A stretch of 50,657 nt of DNA from a bacterium (GCA_043817685.1 JBDRGQ010000020.1:1-50657), one strand, 5' to 3'; positions 9,768 to 19,520 are shown, counted from the first letter of the stretch. The notes: generated by a model from the letters alone, not told the origin. Numbers and translations: made by a program.

Positions 9768-10584
9768 TTTTATTTAATTCATTTTTTGCATCAGTAGCCT
9801 GCTGACCTTTAGGGGCTAATGAATGCCATAGAGGAACATCGCTCAAAAACTCCACTCCTTTCCCTTTCCTAGTGTGAGCAATGATTACTAAGGGTTTTAC
9901 GGATTTTCTTGAACGAAAACCCTCCAGAGCGTTGAATATCTCTTCAAATGAGTGTCCGTCAATATTAACCACATTCCAGCCACACGCTTTCCATTTTTTA
10001 TCCATTGGCTCTAAGGCTACGCTATTCTCCGTAAAATCAGTTGCGCAAAGATAATTTCTGTCTACTATCGCAACCAGATTGTTAAGCCTGTTATGACTGG
10101 CGAACATCGCTGTCTCCCAGATAGAACCTTCATAACATTCTCCGTCTCCCAAAAGAGCAAATGTCATATGAAGTTCTCTGTTCATTTTAGCGGCTAAGGC
10201 TAATCCGGCGGCTACTCCGAAACCATGACCAAGGGCACCAGAAGTTATTTCCACGCCCGGCACACTATGCTGCAGATGAACTGCAAAAATTCCATCAGCC
10301 TGGTTAAATCGATTTAATTCATCTTCAGGAAAAAATCCCAAATCAGCCAATATGGGATATAAAAGTACGCTGGCATGACCTTTACTTAAAATGAACCTAT
10401 CCCGTTCTTTCCATTCTTGATTTTTAGGATCGAACCTGAGAATCCCTCCATAATAAAGAGCGACCATTATTTCAGCGGAAGAAAAGGCCGTATTAACATG
10501 GCCGGTTCCCGCCTTAACACACATATCCAACACTTGATTCTTGATGTATTTTACTTTTTTATTTAATTCATTTATGTTTGGCAT
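9760..10584 (-). CDS. Transketolase-like, N-terminal ThDP-binding subunit
   Basis: RDRFILSKGH, GALGHG, GDGECYEG ... N ThDP motif, KGKGV. Confidence 0.92.
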   Translation of the reverse strand: MPNINELNKKVKYIKNQVLDMCVKAGTGHVNTAFSSAEIMVALYYGGILRFDPKNQEWKERDRFILSKGHASVLLYPILADLGFFPEDELNRFNQADGIFAVHLQHSVPGVEITSGALGHGFGVAAGLALAAKMNRELHMTFALLGDGECYEGSIWETAMFASHNRLNNLVAIVDRNYLCATDFTENSVALEPMDKKWKACGWNVVNIDGHSFEEIFNALEGFRSRKSVKPLVIIAHTRKGKGVEFLSDVPLWHSLAPKGQQATDAKNELNKNE

Positions 10585-10624
10585 ATTTTTGTTATTATTT
10601 ATATGTTATTTGTAAATCTTTTTT

Positions 10625-11140
10625 TTATGCGTAATGACCCAACTTATCCCTTTTCGATAAAATGGGATTCTTAATGGGCCATTTGACCTTAAATCGTGGA
10701 TCGTTCCACTTATAAGAAAATTGACCTTTTGGATTATAATATGTCGATTGTTTATAGCTGAATATCGCTTTATCGCTTAAGACCAAATAGGCGTTCCCGT
10801 AATTGGGCGGAACCAATATTTGTTTCCTGTTTTTGTCGGATAGAATAAAATCCTGCCATTTTCCGAATTGCCTTGATTTTTTGTCACAATTCAAAACAAC
10901 AAAATACAATTTACCGTACAGACAAGAAATCAATTTCCATGTTTTTTTATCTCCATGAAAACCTCTTAATACATTCTTCTTGGAAATCGAAATGTCGTCT
11001 TGAACAAAATCAACCAAAACTTTTTTATCTTTGTATATTTTCTTATTATATGTTTCTACAAATTCGCCGCGGAAATCCCTGAAAACGCAAGGCTGTATTT
11101 CCAAAACTCCTTTTAATTTTGTTTTAATCCAGTTAATCAT
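10625..11140 (-). CDS. rfbC: dTDP-4-dehydrorhamnose 3,5-epimerase family (cupin)
   Basis: DFRGEFVE, FVQDDIS, VLRGFH, WNDP...WP...ILSKRD. Confidence 0.85.
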   Translation of the reverse strand: MINWIKTKLKGVLEIQPCVFRDFRGEFVETYNKKIYKDKKVLVDFVQDDISISKKNVLRGFHGDKKTWKLISCLYGKLYFVVLNCDKKSRQFGKWQDFILSDKNRKQILVPPNYGNAYLVLSDKAIFSYKQSTYYNPKGQFSYKWNDPRFKVKWPIKNPILSKRDKLGHYA

Positions 11141-11142
11141 AA

Positions 11143-11769
11143 TTATTGTTTTACAATTATAACTCGGTTTCTAAATACTTGAATCAATACTTCGGGCTTA
11201 TTTTTTAAAAATTCGTCTACCGCCATTTTTATTCCTTCGGATCCTTCGGTAGCATAATAGTCGTGAATCGCTATTATCCCCCCTCTACTCATTCTGGAAT
11301 AAAAGAACTTCAGGCCGCTCAGCATACTCAAATAGAGATCAGCGTCTAGATGAACAAAAGCGAACTTTTTATCTTCAACTTCCCCTGCTGTTTCTGGAAA
11401 TAATCCTTCGTAAAAACGAACATTCTTATATTCTGTCAAATACTTTTTGGTGTTCTCTAATAAGTTTTCTTTATAGAATTGTCCTTTGTAAAGAACAGGC
11501 GAATCGTTCTCTGATACTTCCGGAAGTCCTTTCCAGGTGTCGAAAAGATGTAAAGTTTTTTCTCTTTCAGCTTCCAATATGAATTTAGCAGACTCCCCCT
11601 GATAAACTCCCAATTCAGCCATATCTCCCTCTAAAGAATGGACTGATTTGACAAGCTGATAAAGTATTTGGTTGTCGGCTGAGCTAAAAAAATCCTTATC
11701 CATTTTCTCCAATGTGAAATGGTAATGTTCAAGAACGAATTTTCTAACCCAAGTTTTAATTATTTTCAT
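11143..11769 (-). CDS. TylF/MycF family sugar O-methyltransferase
   Basis: ELGVYQG, LFDTWKGLP, GLFPET, VHLDADLY, HDY. Confidence 0.9.
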   Translation of the reverse strand: MKIIKTWVRKFVLEHYHFTLEKMDKDFFSSADNQILYQLVKSVHSLEGDMAELGVYQGESAKFILEAEREKTLHLFDTWKGLPEVSENDSPVLYKGQFYKENLLENTKKYLTEYKNVRFYEGLFPETAGEVEDKKFAFVHLDADLYLSMLSGLKFFYSRMSRGGIIAIHDYYATEGSEGIKMAVDEFLKNKPEVLIQVFRNRVIIVKQ

Positions 11770-11812
11770 ATACAGATATTATTTAATTTTGTTTTTTTAT
11801 TTCAATCATTTT

Positions 11813-13009
11813 TTATTTAACGCAATCAGATAAAAATTCTTCTATCTTAGATATAAAGTAATCTATATGTTCTTCGTTTAAATCTTGATGGACTCCGATG
11901 TGTAAGCCATTGTTTCCGATATATTCAGCATTGGGGAAATCACCTAATTTATATCCCAAAAAGCTAAATCCCTTACATTGGGTAGGCATTGAAGAAAATA
12001 AGCTCCTAGTTTCAATACCGTTCTTCTCTAAATAATCTACCAATTGATTTCTCTTAAAGGGTGCTTTTTCTTCAATTATTATAGGGAAAGCGTGAGGTCC
12101 GATTTTCTCATACTTTTTTTCTTTGATTGTTGTTAAATAGGGTTTAAATATTTCAAATTTTTCCCTTAAACTAAGCAAATTCTTTCTCCTTTTCTCTAAA
12201 ATATCTTTATAATTTTTAAGTGCTCCTAATCCTATGGCCGCTTCCAGTTCATTCATTTTTGAAGAATAACCGATTCTTTCAAATATGAATCTTATGTCGT
12301 CTCCGTATTGAAATCTTTTCGGACAATATCCAGATTTGATGTTTAAAACGCAAGATTTACATTTACAGGCTCTTCCATGAGACCTTAATGACCTCAAAAT
12401 CTCTGCAAAATCTGATCGGTCGGTCGTAACAATGCCGCCCTCAACAGTAGAAATCATGTGAGCTACATATAAACTATAAGCTGCCATATCGCCTAAGCTT
12501 CCAACATTTTTTCCTTTATAAACAGCGCCGTGTGCTTCAGCTGCGTCTTCTATAATATAAAAGCTATGTTTTTTAGCTATTTTTTTAATAGAATCCATAT
12601 CGGCCGGCTTTCCCATTAAATGAACTGGCATAATCGCCCTTGTTTTACTTGTGATAACTGCCTCAATTTTCTTTACGTCTATATTCAAAGTTTCTCTTTT
12701 AATATCCACGAATACTGGCTTAAAACCAGCCTGTAAAACTGCGTTGCCGGTTGCACTAAAAGATAAGGCTGGGAGGATAACTTCATCTCCACGTTTAGCT
12801 CCAAAATCATAAAGTACGGCCAGGGCTAAAGCGTCTGCGTCGGTTCCGGTGCTTACGGCTACCGATTCTTTGACTCCTATCAATTTAGCAAATCTTTCTT
12901 CAAACTCTCTAACATATTTCCCGCCAGAAACTCGACCGGAATCTAAAATCTTATTTATTAATTCTTTAGATTCTTTAGTAATTGAAATTGTACCGAAAGG
13001 AATTTTCAT
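11813..13009 (-). CDS. DegT/DnrJ family, His-type 3-dehydratase-like with Cys cluster
   Basis: EDAAEAHGA, SLYVAHMISTVEGG (His), RACKCKSC...YCPKRF. Confidence 0.8.
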   Translation of the reverse strand: MKIPFGTISITKESKELINKILDSGRVSGGKYVREFEERFAKLIGVKESVAVSTGTDADALALAVLYDFGAKRGDEVILPALSFSATGNAVLQAGFKPVFVDIKRETLNIDVKKIEAVITSKTRAIMPVHLMGKPADMDSIKKIAKKHSFYIIEDAAEAHGAVYKGKNVGSLGDMAAYSLYVAHMISTVEGGIVTTDRSDFAEILRSLRSHGRACKCKSCVLNIKSGYCPKRFQYGDDIRFIFERIGYSSKMNELEAAIGLGALKNYKDILEKRRKNLLSLREKFEIFKPYLTTIKEKKYEKIGPHAFPIIIEEKAPFKRNQLVDYLEKNGIETRSLFSSMPTQCKGFSFLGYKLGDFPNAEYIGNNGLHIGVHQDLNEEHIDYFISKIEEFLSDCVK

Positions 13010-14007
13010 AATTTTGATTCAGGATCAGGATGATAATAAATAATTTGACTGCCTTCGTTCTCAAAATTAAATTTAACTTCCAATAAATCTTTCAATTCAG
13101 CTCTCACTTCTGGCTGACTCTCCGGAGGAACAAAGAAAAGCATAAATCCTCCGCTTCCTGCCCCCAAAAGCTTTCCTCCTATGGCTCCTGCTTTCGTAGC
13201 TCTCTGATAGACACTGTCTATTTCTGGAGTGGTTATCTTATCAGAAAGAGTCTTCTTTATTTGCCAAGTTTTATCAAGCAATTTCCCAAATTCTAAAATA
13301 TTTTCCCCTTTATTGAGGATATTTATTGCTTCGTCTACCATCTGACCCATCTGAATTAATTCTTCTCTTTTTTGGGGAGTGTTCTTAATCTGGTCTTTGG
13401 CAACATCGGAAGCAAATCTGGAAAAACCGGTAAAAAACAACATTAAATGATCTTCCAATTGTTTTATTTTCTCTTTCTTAATTGTAATCGGCTCCACTTT
13501 GATTTCATCGTTTCCATTAAAACTTATTTTATTAAACCCTCCGTAAGCAGCAGCCACCTGATCTTGAGCGCCAACGTTTTCTTTCAAAAGATCTCTTTCT
13601 ATATGAATAGCTTCTTTGGCTAACTGAAGTTTTGAAGGAATAAAACCTTTTAAGGCATAAAGGGAATTAAGCAGACCGACAGTAAAACTTGAGCTTGATC
13701 CTAATCCCGTTCTGGCCGGTAAGTCTCCATCGTGATGAATTTCTATTCCCTTATCAATTTTTAAGAACTTTAGGGTTTCTCTTACTGCCGGATGAAGAAT
13801 CTCATTTACATCCTTTACCATTTCAATTTCAGAATAAACAATACGATGTTTATGAGGGAAAAAAGGAGGCAGATATCTAAGGGTAATATAACAGTATTTA
13901 TCAATAGTCGTAGACAAAACCGCTCCTTTATTTTCCCTATACCAAACAGGGTAATCTGTCCCTCCTCCAAAAAATGATATTCTAAATGGTGTTCTGCTGA
14001 TTATCAT
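13006..14007 (-). CDS. hddA: D-glycero-alpha-D-manno-heptose-7-phosphate kinase (GHMP family)
   Basis: RTPFRISFFGGGTD, PARTGLGSSS, GGKLLGAGSGG. Confidence 0.9.
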   Translation of the reverse strand: MIISRTPFRISFFGGGTDYPVWYRENKGAVLSTTIDKYCYITLRYLPPFFPHKHRIVYSEIEMVKDVNEILHPAVRETLKFLKIDKGIEIHHDGDLPARTGLGSSSSFTVGLLNSLYALKGFIPSKLQLAKEAIHIERDLLKENVGAQDQVAAAYGGFNKISFNGNDEIKVEPITIKKEKIKQLEDHLMLFFTGFSRFASDVAKDQIKNTPQKREELIQMGQMVDEAINILNKGENILEFGKLLDKTWQIKKTLSDKITTPEIDSVYQRATKAGAIGGKLLGAGSGGFMLFFVPPESQPEVRAELKDLLEVKFNFENEGSQIIYYHPDPESKL

Positions 14008-15482
14008 ACAAATTTTCTTTTAATTTCATACTTCAACATTTCTTTTATATGGGACAAAGCCTCTGAACCAAATTTATCTGAAATCGTTTCTAAGTATTTC
14101 GGATTAGAGCAGTATTCTTGAAAGGCATTGTCCCGAAAACGCAGAACCTCTTGGCCGGATAAATATTTTGTCGGCAAGGGTAAGCTTTCTTCATTCAGCT
14201 GGGCAAAACCTAACCAAGTATCAGGCAACTTAGTCCCCTTCTTTAATGCCTCTTCATACAATTGGGAGCCAGGATAAGCCATGGTTGCATAAAAGTTTAC
14301 GTATTCACAGTTTATTTCTTTTGCCAGATCAAAGGTTTCCTGCATTGTCTGAAGATTGTCATCGGGCAAACCAAAAAGGAAATTTCCTAAAATATAAATA
14401 CCAGCATCCCGAGTCATTTTAATGACTTTTCTTATCGTATCTTGTTCAAATCCTAACTTATTAACGCCCGTTCTAACTACTTTACTCCCTGACTCAATCC
14501 CGTAGCAAAGCCAATTTATCCCAGCTCTTTTCATTTTTCTTAACATCTCTTCATTGACGGTATTTATTCTAGCATAAGCCCAGATATTCAAATTATAGCC
14601 TCTCTGAATGATTAAATCGCAAATCTGATTAAGCCGTTCCTCGTTAATAGTGAATAACTCATCAAGGAACTGTATGTTCTTTACCTTGTAATTTTTAACC
14701 AGAAGGTCTATTTGTTCAACCACTTTTTCGGGTCCCCAGAAACGAATACCCGGCTTGCCACTATACAAAGCGTGGACATTACAATAAGAACAATTATAGG
14801 GGCATCCTAAACTGGTATAAATGACCGCATAAGGTTTTCTTTGGGAAAGATTCCCAAAACAGTGCCAATTGTGAGCTCTGTATCTGTCCATAGGCAAAAG
14901 ATCCCAAGCTGGTAAGGGTAATTTATCAAGATCTTCAATAAGCCTGCCCCAGCCATTATCTACCACTTTGCCATTTTCTAAGTACAGAAGCCCATCAACT
15001 TTATTCCCTTCTATCTTTTGATTTGACTTCAATAACTTTAACAGTTCTAGAATGGTGTAAAAACTTTCTCCCTTCCCAATAAAATCTGTTTTCTCTTCTT
15101 TCAGGGTTTTTTCCGGAAGAGCTGTTGGATGAATACCGGTCAGAATACTCTTAATTCCGGGAGCTTTCTTTCTCAGCTCCTTAAGAATTTCTCCAGTAAC
15201 CACCATTAAGGGGGTCGAGGAAGAAGAAGGAGTGTGGCCCGTAACCAAAATATCCACTAAAAGAGGACTGTATTCTATGATTTTTTCTGCTGTTTGCGCA
15301 GCATCCAGCCCTTCAGCCTCAGTATCAATCATCTTTACAGAATATCCCTGCTCCCGGATAAAACCAGCCGTTAAAGCTCCCAAAAAGGGCGGAGCGATTG
15401 CGGATAAAGTAGAACTTAAATCCCCGTACATTTTTTTAGGGCTTCCCGGTTTAATTATTACTAAATCTATATTATTTGGCAT
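14004..15482 (-). CDS. Cobalamin-binding radical SAM protein (class B methyltransferase-like)
   Basis: N-terminal B12-binding-like domain (GIHPTALP), CPYNCSYC, YGIESG, FGLP. Confidence 0.88.
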   Translation of the reverse strand: MPNNIDLVIIKPGSPKKMYGDLSSTLSAIAPPFLGALTAGFIREQGYSVKMIDTEAEGLDAAQTAEKIIEYSPLLVDILVTGHTPSSSSTPLMVVTGEILKELRKKAPGIKSILTGIHPTALPEKTLKEEKTDFIGKGESFYTILELLKLLKSNQKIEGNKVDGLLYLENGKVVDNGWGRLIEDLDKLPLPAWDLLPMDRYRAHNWHCFGNLSQRKPYAVIYTSLGCPYNCSYCNVHALYSGKPGIRFWGPEKVVEQIDLLVKNYKVKNIQFLDELFTINEERLNQICDLIIQRGYNLNIWAYARINTVNEEMLRKMKRAGINWLCYGIESGSKVVRTGVNKLGFEQDTIRKVIKMTRDAGIYILGNFLFGLPDDNLQTMQETFDLAKEINCEYVNFYATMAYPGSQLYEEALKKGTKLPDTWLGFAQLNEESLPLPTKYLSGQEVLRFRDNAFQEYCSNPKYLETISDKFGSEALSHIKEMLKYEIKRKFV

Positions 15483-16491
15483 ACTTTTCTCTTTTAAAAT
15501 AATCCCGCCAATAATTCAGAATATCTTCTAATGTCTGATCAAATTTAATTTCGGGTTTCCAACCGGTTACTTCAACAAATTTATCGATACAGGGAATCTG
15601 TAAAGTCACGTCTGAAGGCCTTAAACGAGCAGTATCAACTTTGATTTCTATATTCTTCACTTTAGAAAGTTTTAAAAGTTTGTTTAACATTTCCCCGACG
15701 GTCATTGTTTCTATCCCGCCAACGTTGTAAACTTCGCCAGGAGGACATTTATTTATCAACAGCCAATAAGCTCTAATAGCATCTTTAATGTCCAAAAATG
15801 TCCGAATGCTGTCCAAGTTACCGACCCTGACTATGGGTTCTTGTAACCCAGCTTCAATAGCTGCAATTTGTTTAGCAAAATTTGATTCCACAAAAACTTC
15901 CCCTCGTCTTGGTCCAGAATGAGTAAACATTCTTGTCCTGATGGTTTTAATTTTCCATGATAACCAATATTGCAAAGCCAGCATGTCTTCTCCAACTTTA
16001 CTCACAGCATAAGGCGAAGCCGGTCTGAAAGGGTTGTTCTCTTTTATCGGTGTTTCATCCTCCTTAACCTGGCCGTAACATTCCGAGGAACTGGCTATTT
16101 GAATTATTGGATCATAGCCTGAGTTAAATTTTAATTTTTTAATAGTTTCCAATAAATTGGCTGTGCCTATAATATTGGTTTCTAAAGTAGTAATAGGAGC
16201 CAAAAAACTAAAATCTACGTATGATTGAGCAGCCAGGTGAAAAATCACATCCGGATTATTCTCTATTAAGATGGCTTCCAAAGAGGGCATATCCACTAAA
16301 TCGCCATAACATAACTTAATTTTATCAATAATATGTTTTATGTTTTCTTGGGGCTCCCACCAACGGACTAAACCCAAAACCTGGACGTTTGGAAATTTTT
16401 CTAAAATGTAATCTGCCAAATGGCTTCCTACAAATCCGGCTATGCCAGTTATTAAAACTTTATTTATTTTAATTGATTTATCTTTTTCCAT
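15472..16491 (-). CDS. GDP-sugar 4,6-dehydratase family (Gmd/DmhA-like)
   Basis: TGIAGFVGSHL, HLAAQSYV, SSSE, SPYAVSK, GNLDSIR. Confidence 0.85.
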   Translation of the reverse strand: MEKDKSIKINKVLITGIAGFVGSHLADYILEKFPNVQVLGLVRWWEPQENIKHIIDKIKLCYGDLVDMPSLEAILIENNPDVIFHLAAQSYVDFSFLAPITTLETNIIGTANLLETIKKLKFNSGYDPIIQIASSSECYGQVKEDETPIKENNPFRPASPYAVSKVGEDMLALQYWLSWKIKTIRTRMFTHSGPRRGEVFVESNFAKQIAAIEAGLQEPIVRVGNLDSIRTFLDIKDAIRAYWLLINKCPPGEVYNVGGIETMTVGEMLNKLLKLSKVKNIEIKVDTARLRPSDVTLQIPCIDKFVEVTGWKPEIKFDQTLEDILNYWRDYFKREKYAK

Positions 16492-16520
16492 AATTTTTAT
16501 CTGAAAAATTATAATTTCTA

Positions 16521-17987
16521 TTAATGTCTAAGGGGTGTGTAAAAATATTTTAGCATAAATTTTAAAACAAAAAAGGTGCCAAAATAAACCGCAGCTCCAA
16601 TTAAAATGGAAAGTAAGATATGAAGATGATAGATTTGGGGTTGAATTATTACAAAATACATTACCGCGCTAGAAAAAATAATACCGGTAAAAATTAATAG
16701 AAATCTTGAAGTAAAAGGTTTAATGGCGGTAAATTTTAAAGTGAATTTAAACAACAGATAGAAAACCAAAAGGTGAGTAATTACAGTAGCAAATGCTGCC
16801 CCATACAAACTGAACTTGGGAATTAAGATTAAGTTTAAAATAATGTTAATTATTGCCCCCAGAAGAACAGACCAAAAAAGCTTTTTTTGCTGGTCAGAAA
16901 CAATTAATACCTGATTGAACGGACTACAAAGAAAAATAATTCCAGTCATTACGATTAAAATTTGGAAGGCTAAAACCGAAGGATTGTAACTCGAACCATA
17001 AATAAATTCAACAATTTTAGGAGCCAAAACTATCCCTCCAACAACAACAGGAATAGCCAATAAAATCATTATTTCTATATAATTATTCCATATTTTCTGA
17101 AGTTTTTCTTTTGATTCTTTAAGGGTTTTACTGAGAACCGGAAAAAAACTAGTAGAAATTAAACCTATCGGAATCATGGTTAACCAAGTAATTCTATAAG
17201 CAGCATTATACCAACCGGTTTGAGTAATCTGACCAAGATATCCCATCATTATCGAATCAATTTGAGTATAAATTGTGGACAACACTCCTACCATTGCTAA
17301 AGGCCAAGACATCAATAAAAGCCTTTTCCAAGTCGATTTATTCCAAGAAAGAGATAGTTGCTGAATTTTAAAATGAAAAAAAACTAAAAGAAAAATTAGG
17401 GCAATTAAACTAGCGAATAAATAGACATAACTTAAATTTTCAACTGATGGAAAATTAAATAAAATAAAAAGTCCGGCTCCAGTCAGTATTAAAGCCTCAA
17501 AAATACTTGCCAGAGATTGATATTCCATTTTCTGGCGAGCTTGAAGAAAAGCATGGATTATTGAAGAAAAACTCCCGGCCAAACTACAAATAGCTAAAAT
17601 CCAAATCAATTTTTGGACAACAGGCTCGGAAGTTATAAAAAAGGAGCCAATAAAGATCAATAGAAAAGTTCCTAAGCTTAAAAGAATTTTTAAAGAAAGA
17701 ATGGCTGAAAATTCTTTTTCTTTCTCTTTCTCCCGAGCCAATTCTCTGGTAGTAATTATGGATAAGCCAAATTGAGCGAAAATAATAAATAAAGTAACGA
17801 AAGCTAAAGCAAAAGTAAATTTTCCATATTCAGTAGCCCCTAAAATCTTGGCAACGTAAATAAGCAAAATAAATCTTAAAAATTGACTTATCCCGCCAGA
17901 TATTCCCAACCAAAAAGTATTTTTAAAAATAGTTTGCTTCGTAGTTTTATTTTCCCAGAAAAAAGATTTTATCCCTAAAATTGTCAT
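16521..17987 (-). CDS. wzx: Polysaccharide flippase
   Basis: Many TM helices; KNTFWL, LGATEYG, QIDSIM, GWYNAAYR, GAAFAT. Confidence 0.9.
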   Translation of the reverse strand: MTILGIKSFFWENKTTKQTIFKNTFWLGISGGISQFLRFILLIYVAKILGATEYGKFTFALAFVTLFIIFAQFGLSIITTRELAREKEKEKEFSAILSLKILLSLGTFLLIFIGSFFITSEPVVQKLIWILAICSLAGSFSSIIHAFLQARQKMEYQSLASIFEALILTGAGLFILFNFPSVENLSYVYLFASLIALIFLLVFFHFKIQQLSLSWNKSTWKRLLLMSWPLAMVGVLSTIYTQIDSIMMGYLGQITQTGWYNAAYRITWLTMIPIGLISTSFFPVLSKTLKESKEKLQKIWNNYIEIMILLAIPVVVGGIVLAPKIVEFIYGSSYNPSVLAFQILIVMTGIIFLCSPFNQVLIVSDQQKKLFWSVLLGAIINIILNLILIPKFSLYGAAFATVITHLLVFYLLFKFTLKFTAIKPFTSRFLLIFTGIIFSSAVMYFVIIQPQIYHLHILLSILIGAAVYFGTFFVLKFMLKYFYTPLRH

Positions 17988-18709
17988 AAATCAATATTTT
18001 TTGGCCTATACTTTAATAAAAATTCTAATGCCGCACTTTTACAATACTTATTAATTATTTCTGCATTTGAAATTATACAATGACCGGTAATGCCTTTTTC
18101 AGGTGGAATTAAAACTGGTCTGATAACGTTCTTTTTGCCTAATTTCGCATATCCTTCATTATAAGTAAGATTGAAATCCGTTACCGCCTTATTAAAATCT
18201 ATTTTCTCTTTATCGCATATTTTTTTCATTTCTCCGTGCCAAGCAATAACCAAACCGTAATAAGAAGTATCTAATAATTTTCCTATTTCTGTAGTAATTG
18301 CGGGAGAAAAAACCTTTACTTTAATCCCAAAACTTTCAAGGTGTTTTTTAGCTTTTTCCCCTGCTTTTTTGTTATCAGTTCCTATATATTTAACAAATGT
18401 TTTAATTCCCTTATAAAGATATGGATGTATTCCTCTTATCGGACTATGGACTACCATTCCCCCAACCCTTTTAGTTTCACCAGGATAAACAGTAGAATGA
18501 ATTATCGTCAACTTAGGTTTAATCTTTTTTATTTCATCTTTCACTATCTTTACAAAATTATTACTCCAAGGAATGCAAATGTGAAGAACTTCCACTCCTT
18601 TTAATTCATCATCTCTCTTTAAATCTTTTATTTTGGGGTTTTTGTAAAATTTAGCTATGGCTTGACCCACCTCACCAAAACCAAGTATTCCTATGTTATT
18701 AGTTTTCAT
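17984..18709 (-). CDS. Short UDP-glucose/GDP-mannose dehydrogenase family protein
   Basis: GILGFGEVG, IHSTV, EIGKLL, GHCI catalytic Cys; only 241 aa. Confidence 0.7.
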   Translation of the reverse strand: MKTNNIGILGFGEVGQAIAKFYKNPKIKDLKRDDELKGVEVLHICIPWSNNFVKIVKDEIKKIKPKLTIIHSTVYPGETKRVGGMVVHSPIRGIHPYLYKGIKTFVKYIGTDNKKAGEKAKKHLESFGIKVKVFSPAITTEIGKLLDTSYYGLVIAWHGEMKKICDKEKIDFNKAVTDFNLTYNEGYAKLGKKNVIRPVLIPPEKGITGHCIISNAEIINKYCKSAALEFLLKYRPKNIDL

Positions 18710-19154
18710 TATTATTTGTTTTTTCTAAAAATCTTTTAATCAACCAAGAACTGGACTGAACTTTTCCTCCTCTGCCAATATTAAAAACCATTTTACAACC
18801 TATTTTATTGCAGATGGCCACTTCGGGAATATTATTCTTAGATCTATCTCCACCGTTGGCAAAGATGTCCGGTTTTATACGTTCCAACGTCTTACAAACA
18901 GATCTATCTTTATCAACTGCCAAAACAACCTTATCAACTGGTTTAAAACTAGAAATTATCTCTAATCTTTCTTTTTCCTTCATAAAAGGGAAACTGCCCT
19001 TTGATTCAACCTGTTTATCATTATTAACTATAACTATCAATTTTGTTCCCAATTTCTTTGCTTCCTCAAAAAGTCTTTTGTGGCCTATGTGGACCGGATT
19101 AAAATAACCTGAAACGGCTACGATAATTTTCTTTTTTTTCTTCTTACCTACCAT
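18699..19154 (-). CDS. HxGH cytidylyl/adenylyltransferase
   Basis: SGYFNPVHIGH, FANGGDR, QSSS. Confidence 0.9.
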   Translation of the reverse strand: MVGKKKKKKIIVAVSGYFNPVHIGHKRLFEEAKKLGTKLIVIVNNDKQVESKGSFPFMKEKERLEIISSFKPVDKVVLAVDKDRSVCKTLERIKPDIFANGGDRSKNNIPEVAICNKIGCKMVFNIGRGGKVQSSSWLIKRFLEKTNNNEN

Positions 19155-19393
19155 TTTTCTATCTCTCTTTTGGTTTTATCTCTGACCTTTTTATAAACCT
19201 TGTAAACTTTTTCTTCCACCTTGGGAGAAACCAAAGTAAGTATTTCGCTCCCCCAAATACGATAAGAACCACCTACTTTATAGGCCTTAATGATCCCTCT
19301 CTTTAAAAATCTTTTAATCGTGCTTTCTGATACTTTCAGAAAATCACGAGCTTCTTCCGTGGTGTATATTTCTTTTGGTTTTATTTCGGTCAT
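19148..19393 (-). CDS. Excisionase-family (HTH_17) DNA-binding protein
   Basis: YTTEEARDFLKVSESTIKR ... IKAYKVGGSYRI. Confidence 0.85.
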   Translation of the reverse strand: MTEIKPKEIYTTEEARDFLKVSESTIKRFLKRGIIKAYKVGGSYRIWGSEILTLVSPKVEEKVYKVYKKVRDKTKREIEKW

Positions 19394-19491
19394 ATATATT
19401 TATTAATTTTTCTATAAAACAAACCTCTTTTGGTTAACCGGCCAAGAGGTCTGGAGAAGAAACATCAGGGGAGAAATTTCTTTCTGTTTTC

Positions 19492-19520
19492 ATATTAAAA
19501 CACCTATCAAATGATGTCAA
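19492..19520 (-). promoter_or_regulatory. Sigma70 promoter of the glycan operon
   Basis: TTGACA (19520-19515), 17 bp spacer, TAATAT (19497-19492). Confidence 0.7.

Noticed and set aside
19121..19146. A-rich tract (KKKKKK) at the start of the cytidylyltransferase as a phase-variation switch
   Set aside because: The longest run is only 8 A, runs of this length are common in this AT-rich sequence, and the frame is intact.
19148..19393. Excisionase as a sign of a prophage or integrative element
   Set aside because: No integrase, att repeat or phage gene nearby. The gene overlaps the next gene of the glycan operon.
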